Positions 62,275 through 64,000 of a DNA stretch of 64,000 bases are shown here, in pieces. The stretch is from Mobula hypostoma (taxonomy: Eukaryota). Under the pieces are notes generated by a model. That model was not told the origin of the DNA. It searched no databases and worked only from the letters and a program-made list of their open reading frames with translations. Positions within the stretch are counted from its first letter, which is position 1. Every line of letters starts with the position of its first letter. The DNA lies in assembly GCF_963921235.1 (NCBI RefSeq), contig NC_086101.1:10604001-10668000 (forward strand), written 5' to 3'. Made by a program: the position numbers and the translations under genes.

Positions 62275-64000
62275 TGACTGTCAGGAGAGGGAAAAGGGAA
62301 TAGACAGACAGTGCAGAATAACCCTGTGGCCATTCCCCTCAATAACTAGTATACCACTCTGAATGGTGTTGGGGAAAGGCACAGTGACCAGGGCTCTGGC
62401 ACTGAGTCTGGTTCTGGGACTCAGAAGGGAAGGGGGTAGAAGATGAGTACAGTAGTGATCGGGGATTAGGGCTGAGGATGGTGCAGTTGCTACACAAGCA
62501 AAGACAGTGTGTAATAAAATTCCAGGATGGACAGACAGACGACAGGGCAAAAATTCAGTCAGTGCAATGACAGTGCAGTGTAACAGGGGGACAAAATCGA
62601 AAAAGATTATGAATACAGGACTGATGGAGTTACATCTGAATGCATGTAGTATATGAAATAAAGTAAATGATCTTGTAGCTCATTTAGAGATTGGCAGGTA
62701 TGACATTGTGGGCATCACTGATTCGTAGCTGAAAGAAGTAGAGTAGAGCTACTAGGACTTGATGTTTCAATCCCTATGGTAAGTCAGCACTCTCGATATT
62801 GGCAGTGGGCTTGGGGTGCTGACAAGGAGGGAGGGTAGGTACGTCATCGGGGTCATCAGGTGGGCATCCTCCTTCTTTGACGTTTCGTTGATAAGCCCAC
62901 GACGTCTCCAGAGGGCTCAATGGTGCTACCTGGCGTCCCAGATACACCCCCTTCAGTTCCATACCCTCCTGTCTTCATCTTGCAGCCCAGTTGTTGTCTT
63001 TCCTTTTAATCCAAATCCAGTTGCTGCTTTCTTCTGCTGCGTTTGACAAGGACATGATTGTTTGTTGGAAGGAGTGACCCCTCACCCCCATCTTCTTCAA
63101 TAGTGGGGAACTTCTCATCCACGGATTCACATTTTATTGAAAGGAAAGGTAGGTAGGCAGAAGGGGTGGTGTGGTTCTGCTGATAAAAAAAATGTAATCA
63201 AATCCTTAGAAAAAAGTGACATAAGATCGATGTGTGTAGAGTTAAGGAACGCAATTGTAAAAAGACCATGCCGGGAGTTACTGTATATTCAGGACTCTGA
63301 ACTACAATACATGAGCTACAGTAGAGTAAAGAGAATTACACAGACTTGATAGAGGAGCTAGCCAAAGTTGATTGGAATGGGACATGAGCAGAGATGATGA
63401 CAGAGCAGCAATGGCTGGAGTTCTTGGGAGCAATTCAGAAGGCACAGGATTGATACAGTACATCCCAAAGAAATATTGTAAAAATGGGATGACACAACCA
63501 TGGCATAACCAAAGCAAAAGAGAGGACATATAATAGAACCAAAATTATTGTAATGCTTTCAAGAAAAAAAACCAGAAGGCAACTGAAAAAGTTACAAGGA
63601 ACAAAGAGATGAAATATGAAGATAAGCAAGCCAATCATATCAGACGATACCAAAATTTGTTTCAGATATATAAAGAGTAAAAGAGACGTGAGAGTAGATG
63701 TTGGACTGCTGGAAAACTACTCTGGAGGGGGATTATTTAGGGAAAGGGAAATAGTGGATGAACTGAATAAGGATTTTGCATCAGTCTGCACTGTGGAAGA
63801 CCCCAGCAGCATGCTGGATGTTTGAGACTGTTGGGGGCAGAAGTGAGTGAAATTCTCATAACGAGGGAGAAGGTGCTTTCGGAACATGAAAAGTCTGAAG
63901 ATAAATCAATCCCTTGGACCTGATGGACTACACTTGAGGTTTTTAAAATAGGTAGTGTTACGAGAATACACATAAAATTAAGATGTTTGCTGGCCTGGGC
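62275..64000 (+). mobile_element. Decayed CR1, interrupted at about 62750-63135
   Basis: PVAIPLNN, LHLNACS, YDIVGIT, FRYIKSKR, ELNKDFASV, GPDGLH. Confidence 0.8.

Overview
Eukaryotic, repeat-dense DNA, most likely from a cartilaginous fish (ray/shark); this is inferred from the repeat families (CR1, Rex-Babar, Nimb, L1, Penelope-derived, Tc1, hAT, Gypsy), not from a search. There is no prokaryotic operon, CRISPR array, rRNA or tRNA gene. Host content is (i) a butyrophilin/B7-like gene on + that can be assembled by hand from a leader exon (50249-50306) and a 348-bp IgV exon (58976-59323), with a candidate interferon/NF-kB-type promoter and non-coding exon at about 39.65-40.13 kb, and (ii) an unidentified CpG-rich signal-peptide exon on - (21002-20892). 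Other landmarks are an intact full-length L1 with a perfect 15-bp TSD, a Gmr1-like Gypsy whose 5' LTR carries a second copy of the same LTR, and a Nimb LINE that landed just upstream of the minus-strand exon. There is also a hidden inverted duplication of an ancient Gypsy gag-pol relic (about 26.7-36.1 kb versus 40.8-45.5 kb). That duplication has a near-identical conversion-like tract, sister CR1 copies in both arms, and the candidate promoter in its spacer. Boundaries of decayed repeats are approximate, and identities were judged by eye.
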